Source: Chloroflexota bacterium (GTDB lineage Bacteria > Chloroflexota > Limnocylindria > Limnocylindrales > CSP1-4). From it: 48,703 nucleotides of DNA. The notes beneath the pieces are model-generated. The model had not been told where the DNA came from. It saw nothing but the letters and a program-made list of their open reading frames with translations, and made no database searches. The DNA is taken from contig JAXDLE010000004.1 of the NCBI GenBank assembly GCA_034666725.1, positions 1 to 48,703 on the forward strand. The letters run 5' to 3'. Of this stretch, positions 15,865 through 25,120 are shown in pieces (the stretch's first letter is position 1; each line of letters starts with the position of its first letter). The translations under genes and the position numbers were made by a program.

Positions 15865-17843
15865 CGAACGTAACCTCCCGCCTCGGCGCCGTTGCCGATG
15901 CCTGCCAGACCAAGCTGGGTGTCACGGTAGCTCTCTTTGTACAGCCGACCGTCGGAGCTGATCTCCTGGAGCTCGAACCGCTCCATCGTAATGGCGTCAT
16001 ACGGACATCGCTTGACGCACAATGCGCAGCGAATGCACCGCTCCTCGTCGAGCACCATCGCCGCGCCCTCCGACCAGCCGTACGCGTCGACGAGCTCAGG
16101 CAGCGCACCCTCGGATTTCATCTGGTTGATGTCGATCATGTGGATGACGCCTTCGGGGCAGACATCGGCGCAAGCGCCGCAGAGCACGCAGCGGAAGCCG
16201 TCGAACCAGATGTTGTAGTTGCACATGAGGCAGCGCGTGCTTTCGGTGATCGCCTGCGGCGCGGTGTAGCCGCGCTCGACCGGCGTCGTGAAGTTGACGT
16301 GCGGATCTGCGCTGGGCATGCGCGCCGCGACCTGGGTCATGGGCACGTGGACGCGCGGCAGCACGTCGTAGAACTCAGGCATCTCGTGGCGCCAGCTGGA
16401 CACGATGCGGACGTTGGCGTCGACATCGACCTCGCGCCTGCCCGAAAGGTAGCGATCGATTGCGTAGGCGCACTTCTTGCCGTGGCCGGCGGCCTCGATA
16501 AGCGTTGTCGGGCCGGTCACGAAGTCGCCGCAGGCAAAGACGCCGCGCACGTTCGTGGCGTACGTGCCGGGGTCGACGCGGACGCGGCCGCGATTGATCT
16601 CGAAGCTCGACTCGACCGGCAGGAAGGTGTTGTCGGCGGCCTGGCTGACAGCCGGGATGACGGTGTCGGCCTTGATCTCGAACTCGCTGCCCTCGATCGG
16701 CACCGGCGCGCGGCGGCCGGTTGCATCGGGCTCGCCCAGGCGGTTGCGGATGAACTTCACCGCGCGGACCTTGCCGTTCTCGTCGCCGAGGACCTCGACC
16801 GGGCTCACGAGGAACTCCATGCGCACGCCTTCGCGCTCGGTCTCGCCCAGCTCTTCTTCGTCCACGACCAGCTCTGAGCGGGTGCGCCGGTAGGCGATGG
16901 TCACGTTCTTGGCACCGTAGCGAAGGCTCGTGCGCGAGCAGTCCATCGCGGTGTAGCCGCCGCCGATGATGACCACGTCCTGGCCGACCGTCAGGGGCTC
17001 TCCCAGGTTGGCCTTCTTCATGTAATCGACGCCGTACTGGATGCCGTCGAGGTCACCGCCGGGCACATCAAGCGCGACGGCATTCATTGCGCCCGCGCAG
17101 ATTGCGATCGCGTCGTGCTGCTCCAGAAGCTGCTCGAAGGTGACGTCGCGGCCGACCCGGACGCCGTAGCGGAACTTGACCCCCAGCCGCTCCACGAGCT
17201 TGAGATCCATCTCGATGGCTTCTCGTGGGAGTCGGAAGGCGGGGACGCCGATGAGCATCGTGCCGCCGCCATAGGGCAGCTCGTCGAAGACCGTGACCTG
17301 GTGTCCGGCGACGGCCAGCTCGCGCGCAACGGCCACGCCCGCCGGGCCGGCACCGATGACCGCGACCGTCGTGTCGCGCGGCGTGATGTTGGGCATGTCA
17401 TCGGGGATGCCGCTTGCCTGGTGCCACTCGACGAGGAAGCGCTTCATCGCGCGGATGGCGAGCGGCCGGTCAATGTCGCCGCGGCGGCAGGCCCGCTCGC
17501 ACGGCGCGGAGCAGACGTAGGCGCACATCGCCGCGACCGGGTTCGGCTCACGCGAGAGGATGTAGCCCTCTTCGAAGCGACCTTCAGCGGCGAGGTTCAG
17601 GTAGCCGCGACAGTTCGTGCCGACGGGGCACGCTTCCTGGCACTCGATGTTGCACTGAAGCCAGGAGGCGTCGACGGGCTGAACCAGGAATTCCTGGTTG
17701 GGATCGATGGCCAAGTAGGTCAGACCTCTCGGGGCAGGCTGGGCTCGATTGCCACCGTGAGTGATCGTAGCAGCGGCCGCGGTTGGCGGCATGTGCGGCG
17801 CCCGGCTCCACCGCCCGTACCCCTGAACTGCTCCACAGGTCAC
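15861..17843 (-). CDS. GltD/NfnB-like NAD(P)H-dependent Fe-S flavoprotein with a C-terminal 2x[4Fe-4S] ferredoxin domain
   Basis: The N-terminal Cys cluster domain is [11 protein letters not shown]...[13 protein letters not shown]. The FAD Rossmann motif is [29 protein letters not shown]. The second dinucleotide fold is [16 protein letters not shown], and CGDFVTGP is also present. The ferredoxin motifs are [12 protein letters not shown] and [12 protein letters not shown]. The start is uncertain: GTG at 17843 or ATG at 17792. Confidence 0.85.
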   Translation of the reverse strand: MTCGAVQGYGRWSRAPHMPPTAAAATITHGGNRAQPAPRGLTYLAIDPNQEFLVQPVDASWLQCNIECQEACPVGTNCRGYLNLAAEGRFEEGYILSREPNPVAAMCAYVCSAPCERACRRGDIDRPLAIRAMKRFLVEWHQASGIPDDMPNITPRDTTVAVIGAGPAGVAVARELAVAGHQVTVFDELPYGGGTMLIGVPAFRLPREAIEMDLKLVERLGVKFRYGVRVGRDVTFEQLLEQHDAIAICAGAMNAVALDVPGGDLDGIQYGVDYMKKANLGEPLTVGQDVVIIGGGYTAMDCSRTSLRYGAKNVTIAYRRTRSELVVDEEELGETEREGVRMEFLVSPVEVLGDENGKVRAVKFIRNRLGEPDATGRRAPVPIEGSEFEIKADTVIPAVSQAADNTFLPVESSFEINRGRVRVDPGTYATNVRGVFACGDFVTGPTTLIEAAGHGKKCAYAIDRYLSGRREVDVDANVRIVSSWRHEMPEFYDVLPRVHVPMTQVAARMPSADPHVNFTTPVERGYTAPQAITESTRCLMCNYNIWFDGFRCVLCGACADVCPEGVIHMIDINQMKSEGALPELVDAYGWSEGAAMVLDEERCIRCALCVKRCPYDAITMERFELQEISSDGRLYKESYRDTQLGLAGIGNGAEAGGYVR

Positions 17844-17879
17844 ATTGTCGCCCTATCTGGCGCCACCTAGGCTCAGCCC

Positions 17880-19130
17880 ATGGTCGACGTCCCGGCGCGC
17901 CTGCCGCCAGCCCCTGCCTACCCGCCGGCGCCGGCATTGGGCAGCGGCCCGTGTGGCCCGGCGCGGGCCGACGTCGAGTACCGCTGCGCGGAGGCGGAGC
18001 GCCTCGCCCAGGCCGCCCAGATCCAGGTCCAGCGGCTGCGCGATGCCAAGCGGATGCTGGCGCGCGTCCAGGCGCAGCGCGACACTGATGCGCGCGTGCG
18101 CGACCGGCGCCTCTTGAGCGACGCCAAGGAGAACGCGCGCCGCGCTTACCACGAGACCTACACGCGCGCCAGGAACGGCGTAGTCAATGCTGACGTCCAG
18201 GGCGCGGCCGGCGAGTGGCTGCGCGAGATCAATCGCCTCAACCGCCAACTCGAGCTGGCCGACCGCCGCGCGGCCGATGTGGCGCGCCAGATCAGTGAGC
18301 TCACCGCCACGCTTCCCGGGATCGAGCTCGCGGCCGACGCGGCGCGTATCTCGGCCGAGGCAGCCCAGGTGACGTGCGTTGAGGCACGCCGCGCTCTTGC
18401 GGCCTGCGAAGAGGATGCCGCGCGCCAAGTTGGCGCGACAGCCCGGAATACAGCCATGCCCGGGACGCGCGCCACGGGCTCCCCGGTATCGGCGCCACCT
18501 GGCTACGGGCCCCCTTCCGGACCGGCCACCGGACCAACCGGCCCCGCGCCACGAGCGGGCGCGACCGTCGTGAGCGCGACCGGACCGGCACCCATCTCGA
18601 TGCTGTTGCGCGGCGACCGCCAGGCGCTGCTCGGTCTGACCCTGCGCTTGGCCGAGGAAACCGGCGTCGAGGCCGGCCGGCTGCAGCTCCTGCTGCTCGA
18701 GCTGCGCCAGGCGATTGCGGCCCGTGCGCTCGAGGACAACGCCCTCGCCTTCCCACAGGGGCATCCCTTCTGGAGCCAGTTCTCAGCCGACGGCGGCCGA
18801 CAGTTCACGATCAGCCTTGCCCGACTGGGCTACACCTTCGACGGGCGCGAGGGCTGGCGCGACGGCCGCGCCCCCGGGCCACGCGAGCTGGCCATGGCAC
18901 TGGAACACGCCGGCAACGACCCGCGCTCCCTGCGCCGGCCGGCCGGTCAGGCGGCGATCGACGCTTTGTGGCAGGGCACGACGGTGCTCGTCGAGCCCTG
19001 GCTCGCCGCGGCTGCGCCCGATCTGTCGTTGGGTCGATTGATCGACGTGCTCGGTCCGCGCGCGTCCCGCCTGGGCGAGCTGTGGGACATGTGGGGCCGG
19101 CTACGACCCCAGCTACTCGGCGGTAATTAG
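17880..19130 (+). CDS. Hypothetical protein (N-terminal coiled coil, Pro/Gly-rich linker, C-terminal globular domain)
   Basis: This long ORF has GC-rich third positions and heptad-like Arg/Ala/Glu-rich segments, then the linker GSPVSAPPGYGPPSGPATGPTGPAP. I recognised no family, and the start is uncertain. Confidence 0.5.
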   Translation: MVDVPARLPPAPAYPPAPALGSGPCGPARADVEYRCAEAERLAQAAQIQVQRLRDAKRMLARVQAQRDTDARVRDRRLLSDAKENARRAYHETYTRARNGVVNADVQGAAGEWLREINRLNRQLELADRRAADVARQISELTATLPGIELAADAARISAEAAQVTCVEARRALAACEEDAARQVGATARNTAMPGTRATGSPVSAPPGYGPPSGPATGPTGPAPRAGATVVSATGPAPISMLLRGDRQALLGLTLRLAEETGVEAGRLQLLLLELRQAIAARALEDNALAFPQGHPFWSQFSADGGRQFTISLARLGYTFDGREGWRDGRAPGPRELAMALEHAGNDPRSLRRPAGQAAIDALWQGTTVLVEPWLAAAAPDLSLGRLIDVLGPRASRLGELWDMWGRLRPQLLGGN

Positions 19131-19885
19131 CCGAGCTTCAGCCAGCGGAACCGCTCGGCCGCCGCGCTGCCGATGCGCTCGCCGTTCTCCTTCGCCCAAC
19201 CGCGCAGCATCCCCTCAAGCTCCTGCGGCTTGCGCAGCTGGCTGGCGTGCTCGCGCAGGGCAGCGACCTTGGTGTCGATCGTGTCGCTGATGTCGACCCA
19301 GGCATTCGGGTTGTCGGTGAAGAAGAGGTACATCTGGTTTACCTCCCACGGCGCGAGGTCCTCGGTCGTCGCCAGGTGGGGAAACGCCATAGCGTTACGC
19401 GCCGCGGGATAAACCGCGTCGATCGCGGCCATGCCGGCGTTGCGGTGGTCGACGTGCTGGACGAAGCCGTCCTCGTGGATGATCACCGTCGGGTCCATGG
19501 CCATGACCGCGTCGGGCTTGAACCCGCGAATGATGCGTACGAGCTGCTCGCGCAACGCCAGGTCGTTCTCGAGCGCACCGTCTGGCCGGTGCAGGAAGTC
19601 GACACCTTCATAGCCCACGACCTTCGCGGCCGCGCGCTGTTCGGCCTCACGCGTCTGCGCCAGGGCGAGCGGGTCGGTCGTGGCGTCGTCGGCGCCGGCA
19701 TCGCCGCTGGTGCAGCACACCATCCGGGCGACGGTGCCGGCCCGGATCCAGCGCGCGAGGGTCCCGGCGACGCCAAAATCGGCGTCATCGGGATGGGCGA
19801 CGATCACCAGGACGCGGCCGGGCCGCTCTTCATGGGCGCCCGTTAGCCCTTCCGCAGGAACACCCTTCGAGTCAGTCACTTTCAA
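19127..19885 (-). CDS. PIG-L/LmbE-family N-acetylglucosaminyl deacetylase
   Basis: The motif VLVIVAHPDDADFGVAGT (AHPDD) and the HVDHRNAG zinc-ligand region are both present. Confidence 0.85.
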   Translation of the reverse strand: MKVTDSKGVPAEGLTGAHEERPGRVLVIVAHPDDADFGVAGTLARWIRAGTVARMVCCTSGDAGADDATTDPLALAQTREAEQRAAAKVVGYEGVDFLHRPDGALENDLALREQLVRIIRGFKPDAVMAMDPTVIIHEDGFVQHVDHRNAGMAAIDAVYPAARNAMAFPHLATTEDLAPWEVNQMYLFFTDNPNAWVDISDTIDTKVAALREHASQLRKPQELEGMLRGWAKENGERIGSAAAERFRWLKLG

Positions 19886-19947
19886 CGTGTAACTTGTATT
19901 TCAGTTTCAACTTTCCGAGCGCTTTAAGCCGATATATGATCCGGATC

Positions 19948-19983
19948 GAGGCATCGTTCGTCTCCCCCCACGGACGATGCCTC
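19948..19983 (-). terminator. Stem-loop immediately downstream of bcp (putative terminator, no clear U-tract)
   Basis: A 13-bp stem (gaggcatcgttcg / cggacgatgcctc, one G-U pair) with a 10-nt loop starts 2 nt after the bcp stop codon. An AT-rich stretch follows (19886-19947). Confidence 0.45.
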
Positions 19984-19984
19984 A

Positions 19985-20500
19985 TTACGCGACTTGCACC
20001 CCCGCGCGCGCGGCCTGTGCGGCATCCAGCTCTGCGAGAACCTCGGCCGCGTGGCCCTGCGCCTTCACTTTGGGCCAGACGTAAGCGATTCGCCCGTCGG
20101 GATCGACGAGGAACGTGGCGCGCTGAACGCCCATGAACTTGCGCCCGTAGTTGACTTTTTCGACCCACGTCCCGTAGCGCTCGGCGACGGCGTGGTCGGC
20201 GTCGGCCAGGAGCACGAAGTTGAGGCCGAACTTGCGCTTGAACGCGGCCTTGCTGCCGCTGCCCAGGACACTCACGCCCCACACCTCGGCGTCATGCGCG
20301 TTTATCGAGGAGTTGATGTCACGGAACTCGCACGCCTCCGTGGTGCAGCCCGGCGTGTCGTCCTTGGGATAGAAGTAGAGCACCGTCCAATGGCCGCGTC
20401 GCTCGGCGAGGTCGCGTTGGGCGCCGGTGTCGTCGGGCAATGTGAGGTCGGGCGCGGCGTCCCCGACGCCGGGCATGTTCGTTGGGGCTGACGGATCCAT
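19985..20500 (-). CDS. bcp: Thiol peroxidase / peroxiredoxin Bcp
   Basis: The peroxidatic Cys motif is YFYPKDDTPGCTTEACEFRD, within a typical AhpC/TSA fold sequence. Confidence 0.9.
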   Translation of the reverse strand: MDPSAPTNMPGVGDAAPDLTLPDDTGAQRDLAERRGHWTVLYFYPKDDTPGCTTEACEFRDINSSINAHDAEVWGVSVLGSGSKAAFKRKFGLNFVLLADADHAVAERYGTWVEKVNYGRKFMGVQRATFLVDPDGRIAYVWPKVKAQGHAAEVLAELDAAQAARAGVQVA

Positions 20501-20515
20501 CGCCCGATTATGCGC

Positions 20516-21541
20516 TCAGGGCAGGAAGAGGACGCCGGAGGGGTCGACCCGGAGGGACACCGACTCACCGATTGATGGTGGCGCGCCTGCCGCGGTCCGG
20601 ACGTGGGCCTCCAGCTGCGGACCGTCGCCATCCGCTGGCGCGACAAGGATCGTCGTCGTGTCGCCCCGGAAAACAACGGCGCGGACTACGCCACTCAGCG
20701 GCCCCTCCGGATCGAGCGCCACTGCCTCCGGCCGGATCAGGAACCGGGTTGCGCCTCCGGGCCGTGAGTCGGGCGTTGGGAGGTCGCCCCAGGGCGTCCT
20801 GAGCGAGCCATCGTCCGGCTCGATCGGAATCACGTTCGTCAGGCCCAGGAAGCGCGCCACGAACTCGTTCGGCGGCGCTCGCCATAGGTCGCGCGCTGGC
20901 ATGACGGTCTCGAGCCGCCCCTGGTTGAGCACAGCCACGCGGTCACCCATGGCAAGCGCCTCTTCCTGGTCGTGCGTCACGTAGATGAGCGGCAGACCCA
21001 GGCGCGCGAAGAGCCCCGTCAGCTCGTCGAGGAGGTGCGTCCGGAGGGCGCGATCCAGAGCGCCGAGCGGCTCGTCGAGCATGAGCAGGCGCGGCATCGG
21101 CGCGAGCGCCCGGGCCAGCGCGACGCGCTGCTGCTCACCGCCCGACAGCTGATCGATGCGCCGCGCGCCGTAGCCGGGCAGCCCCACGAGAGCGAGCACC
21201 TCGTCGACGCGCCTGCGCCGCTCGGCGGCAGGCATGTCGCGTGTCTCGAGCCCGAAAGCGACGTTGCGGGCGACGTCGCGGTGCGGAAAAAGCGCGTAAT
21301 CCTGGAACATCAGCCCGAAGTTGCGTCGGTGGACCGGCACGCCGGCGACATCGGCGCCGGCCCATTCGATTCGACCAGCGGTCAGCGGCTCGAGGCCGGC
21401 GATCGCCCGCAGCAGCGTCGACTTGCCGGAGCCGCTCGGTCCGAGTACGGCGAGACGTTCAGCAGCACCGATCTCGAGGCTCACCCCATCGAGCGCCATC
21501 GTCGTCCCATAGGCGACCCGAACGTCGTGGATGCTCAGCAT
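20516..21541 (-). CDS. thiQ: ABC transporter ATP-binding protein (thiamine/Fe3+-type importer ATPase)
   Basis: Walker A is GPSGSGKST, the signature motif is LSGGEQQRVALARAL and Walker B is LLMLDEP. The ATG at 21541 (MLSIHDV) overlaps the permease stop (TGATG). The symbol rests on operon context with the TPP riboswitch. The C-terminal extension looks more FbpC/PotA-like. Confidence 0.85.
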   Translation of the reverse strand: MLSIHDVRVAYGTTMALDGVSLEIGAAERLAVLGPSGSGKSTLLRAIAGLEPLTAGRIEWAGADVAGVPVHRRNFGLMFQDYALFPHRDVARNVAFGLETRDMPAAERRRRVDEVLALVGLPGYGARRIDQLSGGEQQRVALARALAPMPRLLMLDEPLGALDRALRTHLLDELTGLFARLGLPLIYVTHDQEEALAMGDRVAVLNQGRLETVMPARDLWRAPPNEFVARFLGLTNVIPIEPDDGSLRTPWGDLPTPDSRPGGATRFLIRPEAVALDPEGPLSGVVRAVVFRGDTTTILVAPADGDGPQLEAHVRTAAGAPPSIGESVSLRVDPSGVLFLP

Positions 21542-23172
21542 CACGTGCCGCCGACAGCGGTGGTGCGCAACCGGTCGAAGGCAAGCGCCGCGATCGCGGT
21601 CACGATCATCAGTACGGTCGCCATGGCCATCGCCTGACCAAACGCGAGTGTGCCCGGCTGGCTGAGCAGCCGGAAGATCGCGATCGGCATTGTCGGAGCG
21701 TCCGGTCGGACGATGAACAGCGTGGCCCCGAATTCGCCCAGCGAGACCGCGAAGGCGAACGAAGCACCGACCAGCAGCGCCCGGCCGATCATCGGCAGGT
21801 CGACCATCCGCCATGTCCTGGCCGGCGACGCACCCAGCACCGCGGCAGATTCCCGGAGACGACCATCGATCGAGCGCAGCAACGGGACCGTGGCTCGGAC
21901 CACGAACGGCAGTGCGACCAGCGCGTGGGCGATGGGAATGAGGATTGGCGAAGCGCGCAGGTCGATCGGCAGCTGGCCCAGCGACACGAGGAATCCGAAG
22001 CCGACGATCACCGCCGACGTGCCGAGCGGCAGCATCAGCAGCGCGTCGAACCCGGTCGCCAGGGCGCCGCGTCTGTAGGCGATCAGCGCCGCCGCGAGCA
22101 GGCCGAGCGGCACACAGATGGCCGTCGCCGCGGCGGCGAAGACGAGCGAGTTGCGGATCGCATCGATGGGCGGCACGAACAGGGCGCCGCGCGCGCTTTC
22201 ACCGAAGAGTGCGCTGAAATTGCTGAGCCCGTAACCGGCAGTGCCGGCAAGGGCTCGCTCAACCAGGGCCGCGAGCGGCAGGCCAAGGAAGAGGATCAGG
22301 ACTCCGACCGTGGCGCCCACGAACGTCCACTCGTCGCGGCCCCTTGGGCGTCGCGCGGCGATCCGCGCCGTGGACAGGCGCTGGCTCACCGCGGCGGTAG
22401 CCTGGAGCCGCGAATACACGACCAGCAGGACGCCAAGGAAGCCGAGCTGCAGGAGCGCGAGGGTGGCCGCGGCCGGCAGGTCGAGCAGGACCGCCGCCGC
22501 GCGATAGACCGCGACCTCGATCGTGGCGTAGCCATAGCCGCCCAGGATCAGGATCACGCCGAACGACGTGAAGGTGAAAAGGAAGACGATCGAAGACGCG
22601 GACAGAATGGCGGGCTTCAGCAGCGGCCAGGTGACCTCGCGGAACGCGCCCCAGCGGCTCGCGCCAAGGACTCGTGCCACCTCCTCTGTCCGCGGATCGA
22701 GCTGCGCCCAAACGCCGCCGACGACGCGCAGCACGACAGCACAGTTGTAGAACACGTGCGCAGCCAGGATCGCCCAGATCGTGTGGTCGAGCCGCAGGCC
22801 TATTACGCCGTTCGGCCCGATCAACGCGAGGAACGCCGACCCGACAACCACGGTTGGCAGTACGAACGGCACGAGCACCAATGCGTTGAGCAGGCGCCGG
22901 CCGCGAAAGTCGAACCTTGCCAGGACGAACGCGCCGGGCAGGCCAATGGCAAGGGTCAGCAGAGTAGAAATGGCCGCCTGCCAGAACGTGAACCACGCCA
23001 AGTCGCGCGTCTCGGGGCGCGTCAGCACCGCGACCGGTCCGGACAGGTCGAGCACGCTATGCGGGGCCAGGCCGCGGACCAGGATGGACGCGACCGGAAA
23101 GACGAAGAACAGCCCGATGAACCCCAGCGGCAATGCCGCCAGGGCGATCGTCAGCGCGCGGCGGCTTGCCAC
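21541..23172 (-). CDS. thiP: ABC transporter permease with duplicated permease domains (thiamine/iron type)
   Basis: It has about 12 TM helices in two BPD-transporter repeats (EVARVLGASRWGAFREVTWPL and ESAAVLGASPARTWRMVDLPM EAA loops). Confidence 0.85.
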   Translation of the reverse strand: MASRRALTIALAALPLGFIGLFFVFPVASILVRGLAPHSVLDLSGPVAVLTRPETRDLAWFTFWQAAISTLLTLAIGLPGAFVLARFDFRGRRLLNALVLVPFVLPTVVVGSAFLALIGPNGVIGLRLDHTIWAILAAHVFYNCAVVLRVVGGVWAQLDPRTEEVARVLGASRWGAFREVTWPLLKPAILSASSIVFLFTFTSFGVILILGGYGYATIEVAVYRAAAVLLDLPAAATLALLQLGFLGVLLVVYSRLQATAAVSQRLSTARIAARRPRGRDEWTFVGATVGVLILFLGLPLAALVERALAGTAGYGLSNFSALFGESARGALFVPPIDAIRNSLVFAAAATAICVPLGLLAAALIAYRRGALATGFDALLMLPLGTSAVIVGFGFLVSLGQLPIDLRASPILIPIAHALVALPFVVRATVPLLRSIDGRLRESAAVLGASPARTWRMVDLPMIGRALLVGASFAFAVSLGEFGATLFIVRPDAPTMPIAIFRLLSQPGTLAFGQAMAMATVLMIVTAIAALAFDRLRTTAVGGT

Positions 23173-24269
23173 TCGTTCAACCAGCGCTCGCGATTCGCAC
23201 CTATCTGGGCGGGTGCCATGGTGAGCGGCTCCGGGACCGCGACCGCGAAGTCAGTGAAGACCTGCGGTACATCGGCATTCGGGACGACCGGGAACACGAA
23301 CATGTTGAGCGGGATGTCGGCCTGGAAGACGGCGGTGAGCATGTAGTCCACGAACTTCTTCGCCAACTCGGGCTGCCTGGCACCGGCGAGCACGCCCGCG
23401 AACTCGACCTGGCGGAAGCAGCCATCGGTGATCACCGCAGTCGGCGCGACCGCGGGTTGTGGGTCGGAGTAGAAGACCTCGGCCACCGGACTCGTCGCGT
23501 ACGAAACGACGAGCGGCCGATCGCCCGTGCCCGAGCCACCCGAGAACGTGCTCTGGTAGGCCTCCTCCCAGCCCGACACGATCGCGACGTCGTTGGCGCG
23601 GAGGTCGCGCCAGTAGTCGAGCCATGTGTGCTCACCGCTCTCGCCGAAACGCGCGATCGTCGCGAGCATGAACGCCAGCCCGGGCGAAGAAGTGCCCGGA
23701 TCCTCGACCACGAGCTGGCCGCGGAATTCGGGCTTGGTCAGATCATCGAGCGTCCCCGGCGCGGGGTCGGCGTCGCCAAATGCCTCCTTGTCGTAGTTGA
23801 GACACACATCGCCGTAGTCGATCGGCGTGACCCGCTCGCGCGCGTCGAGTCGCAGGGCGGCAGGCACAGAGTCGACACCGGTCGCGTGATACGGCTCGAA
23901 GATGCCTGCATCCAGGGCGCGCGAGAGGAACGTGTTGTCGACGCCGTAGAGAACATCGGCGAGCGGATTGTCTTTCGTCAGGATGGCCTGATTGACCATC
24001 GCGCCCGCGTCGCCTGCGCGGAGCACTTTGACAGTCGCGTTGTTTTCCGACTCGAATACCGCCAGCAACTCGGGCGTGACGGCAAACGAGTCATGGGTGA
24101 TGAGAGTCAGCTCCGTCGGCGGCGGCGGCGTGGTCGGTGTCGGGCTGGGCGTGCCGATCGCATCCGGGTTGGGCGTCGTGAACACGCCGGATAGCGCGGC
24201 TACCGCGATGACGACCACCGCCGCAACGACTGCGATGGTCACAACTGTCGGTCGATTCGTGGGAGTCAT
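23151..24269 (-). CDS. thiB: Thiamine-type ABC transporter substrate-binding protein
   Basis: An N-terminal anchor and Pro/Thr linker are followed by LTLITHDSF...VLYGVDNTFLSRA...WLDYW, typical of TbpA/ThiB-like binding proteins. The gene lies in the riboswitch-controlled operon. Confidence 0.8.
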   Translation of the reverse strand: MTPTNRPTVVTIAVVAAVVVIAVAALSGVFTTPNPDAIGTPSPTPTTPPPPTELTLITHDSFAVTPELLAVFESENNATVKVLRAGDAGAMVNQAILTKDNPLADVLYGVDNTFLSRALDAGIFEPYHATGVDSVPAALRLDARERVTPIDYGDVCLNYDKEAFGDADPAPGTLDDLTKPEFRGQLVVEDPGTSSPGLAFMLATIARFGESGEHTWLDYWRDLRANDVAIVSGWEEAYQSTFSGGSGTGDRPLVVSYATSPVAEVFYSDPQPAVAPTAVITDGCFRQVEFAGVLAGARQPELAKKFVDYMLTAVFQADIPLNMFVFPVVPNADVPQVFTDFAVAVPEPLTMAPAQIGANRERWLNEWQAAAR

Positions 24270-24934
24270 CTGTCGTCGACCTCGGTGCGTCGGGTGTGGA
24301 TCACGGCAAGTCGGCCCTGGCCGATCTGGATCGTTGCGCTGCTCGCGGTCAGCTCGTTCGAAAGGCCGCGCGCAGGCCCCTGCTCAAGCATTCCCCCCGT
24401 GAGGGCATAGCGCAGCCCCGCCGTTGTCACGCCAGAGACATGCCGGGTCAGCGGCAGCAACGAGACGTAGTCGGTGGGCGCGCCCAGGATTTGCAGGAGC
24501 TCGTCGTCGTGCATGACACGCAAGGTGCTCGCGCCGTCGGCCAGGCAGATGTCGCGGCCCTTCAGGTGCTCCGAGGCCACCAACAGGATGTTGGCGAGGG
24601 TGTGGTCGAGCCGTCCCCCGCCGAACGCGCCGACAATCACGACACGCGTCGCGCCACGGGTGAGCGCCTCGTTCAGCGCGAGCTCGGTGTCACTCTCGTC
24701 CTTCGCCGCGGGGTGAATGACGACTTCGGCGCCGGCCGTGCGCAGGCGCTCCACCTGCGCCGCATCGAGCGAGTCGGCGTCGCCAACCACGACACCCGCC
24801 GGGTAGCCGATGGCCTCGGCCTTGAGCGCGCCGCCGTCGGCGGCAATCACCAACTGTGGCGCGCCGCCGAGCAGGCGATCTACGTCTGCTCGATCAGGCA
24901 CGTCACCGTCGGCAACTATCAGGGCGACGACCAC
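24266..24934 (-). CDS. thiN: Thiamine pyrophosphokinase
   Basis: Recognisable segments are VVALIVADGDVP, IAADGGA, VVGDADS and the C-terminal thiamine-binding region SGVTTAGLRYALTGGML. The GTG start is preceded by GGAGG (24942-24946). The stop overlaps the thiB start (ATGA). Confidence 0.8.
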   Translation of the reverse strand: MVVALIVADGDVPDRADVDRLLGGAPQLVIAADGGALKAEAIGYPAGVVVGDADSLDAAQVERLRTAGAEVVIHPAAKDESDTELALNEALTRGATRVVIVGAFGGGRLDHTLANILLVASEHLKGRDICLADGASTLRVMHDDELLQILGAPTDYVSLLPLTRHVSGVTTAGLRYALTGGMLEQGPARGLSNELTASSATIQIGQGRLAVIHTRRTEVDDR

Positions 24935-24967
24935 GCGCGGACCTCCAGAGATGAGGGACCGGGGTCG

Positions 24968-25068
24968 GTCGCGGACTCCCTTCGCTGGTACGAACCAGAT
25001 CAGGTTCCTAGGGTCTGCGGCTCAGGCCGCACTCTCAGCGCCTCGGTGGCGCTCCCCTGTCCCGTATT
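24968..25068 (-). promoter_or_regulatory. TPP (THI-box) riboswitch
   Basis: The minus-strand RNA reads GGGGAGCGCCACCGAGGCGCUGAGAGUGCGGCCUGAGCCGCAGACCCUAGGAACCUGAUCUGGUUCGUACCAGCGAAGGGAGUCC. This matches the conserved GGGG.GC, CUGAGA and ACCC..GAACCUGAUCUGG.U..UACCAGCG.AGGGA elements. It lies about 35 nt upstream of the thiN start. Confidence 0.88.
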
Positions 25069-25120
25069 GAGATTGGACAGCAATTCTACGCCCCGGGCGG
25101 CGCCCGCTAGACTCGGCCAC

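Noticed and set aside
19886-19947. The AT-rich stretch upstream of the PIG-L gene, as a sigma-70 promoter (TTGAAA ... TACAAG)
   Set aside because: The hexamer spacings do not fit a canonical -35/-10 pair. It is probably promoter DNA, but I cannot place the elements.
19961-19970. The C-rich loop (tctcccccca) of the hairpin after bcp, reminiscent of actinobacterial 6C RNA loops
   Set aside because: There is only one hairpin. The strand that is C-rich is antisense to the flanking genes, and the hairpin's position 2 nt after the bcp stop is better explained as a terminator.
21241-23346. A 701-aa plus-strand ORF, with similar long ORFs at 4993..6369, 6018..7061, 2051..2902, 3299..4231, 14710..15603, 16140..16877, 17115..17870, 17853..18764, 28491..29801, 30278..31024, 31699..32775, 34283..35458, 38887..40080, 46011..47090 and 47720..48307
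   Set aside because: All lie antisense to, or out of frame with, genes that have clear family motifs. Their translations are dominated by Arg/Gly/Asp/Pro/His runs with no recognisable motifs. This is typical of shadow ORFs in high-GC DNA.
24296-25120. The N-terminal 275 codons of the 453-aa track ORF 24296..25657
   Set aside because: This part runs antisense through thiN and across the TPP riboswitch. The YbaK-like homology starts only at the ATG at 25121.
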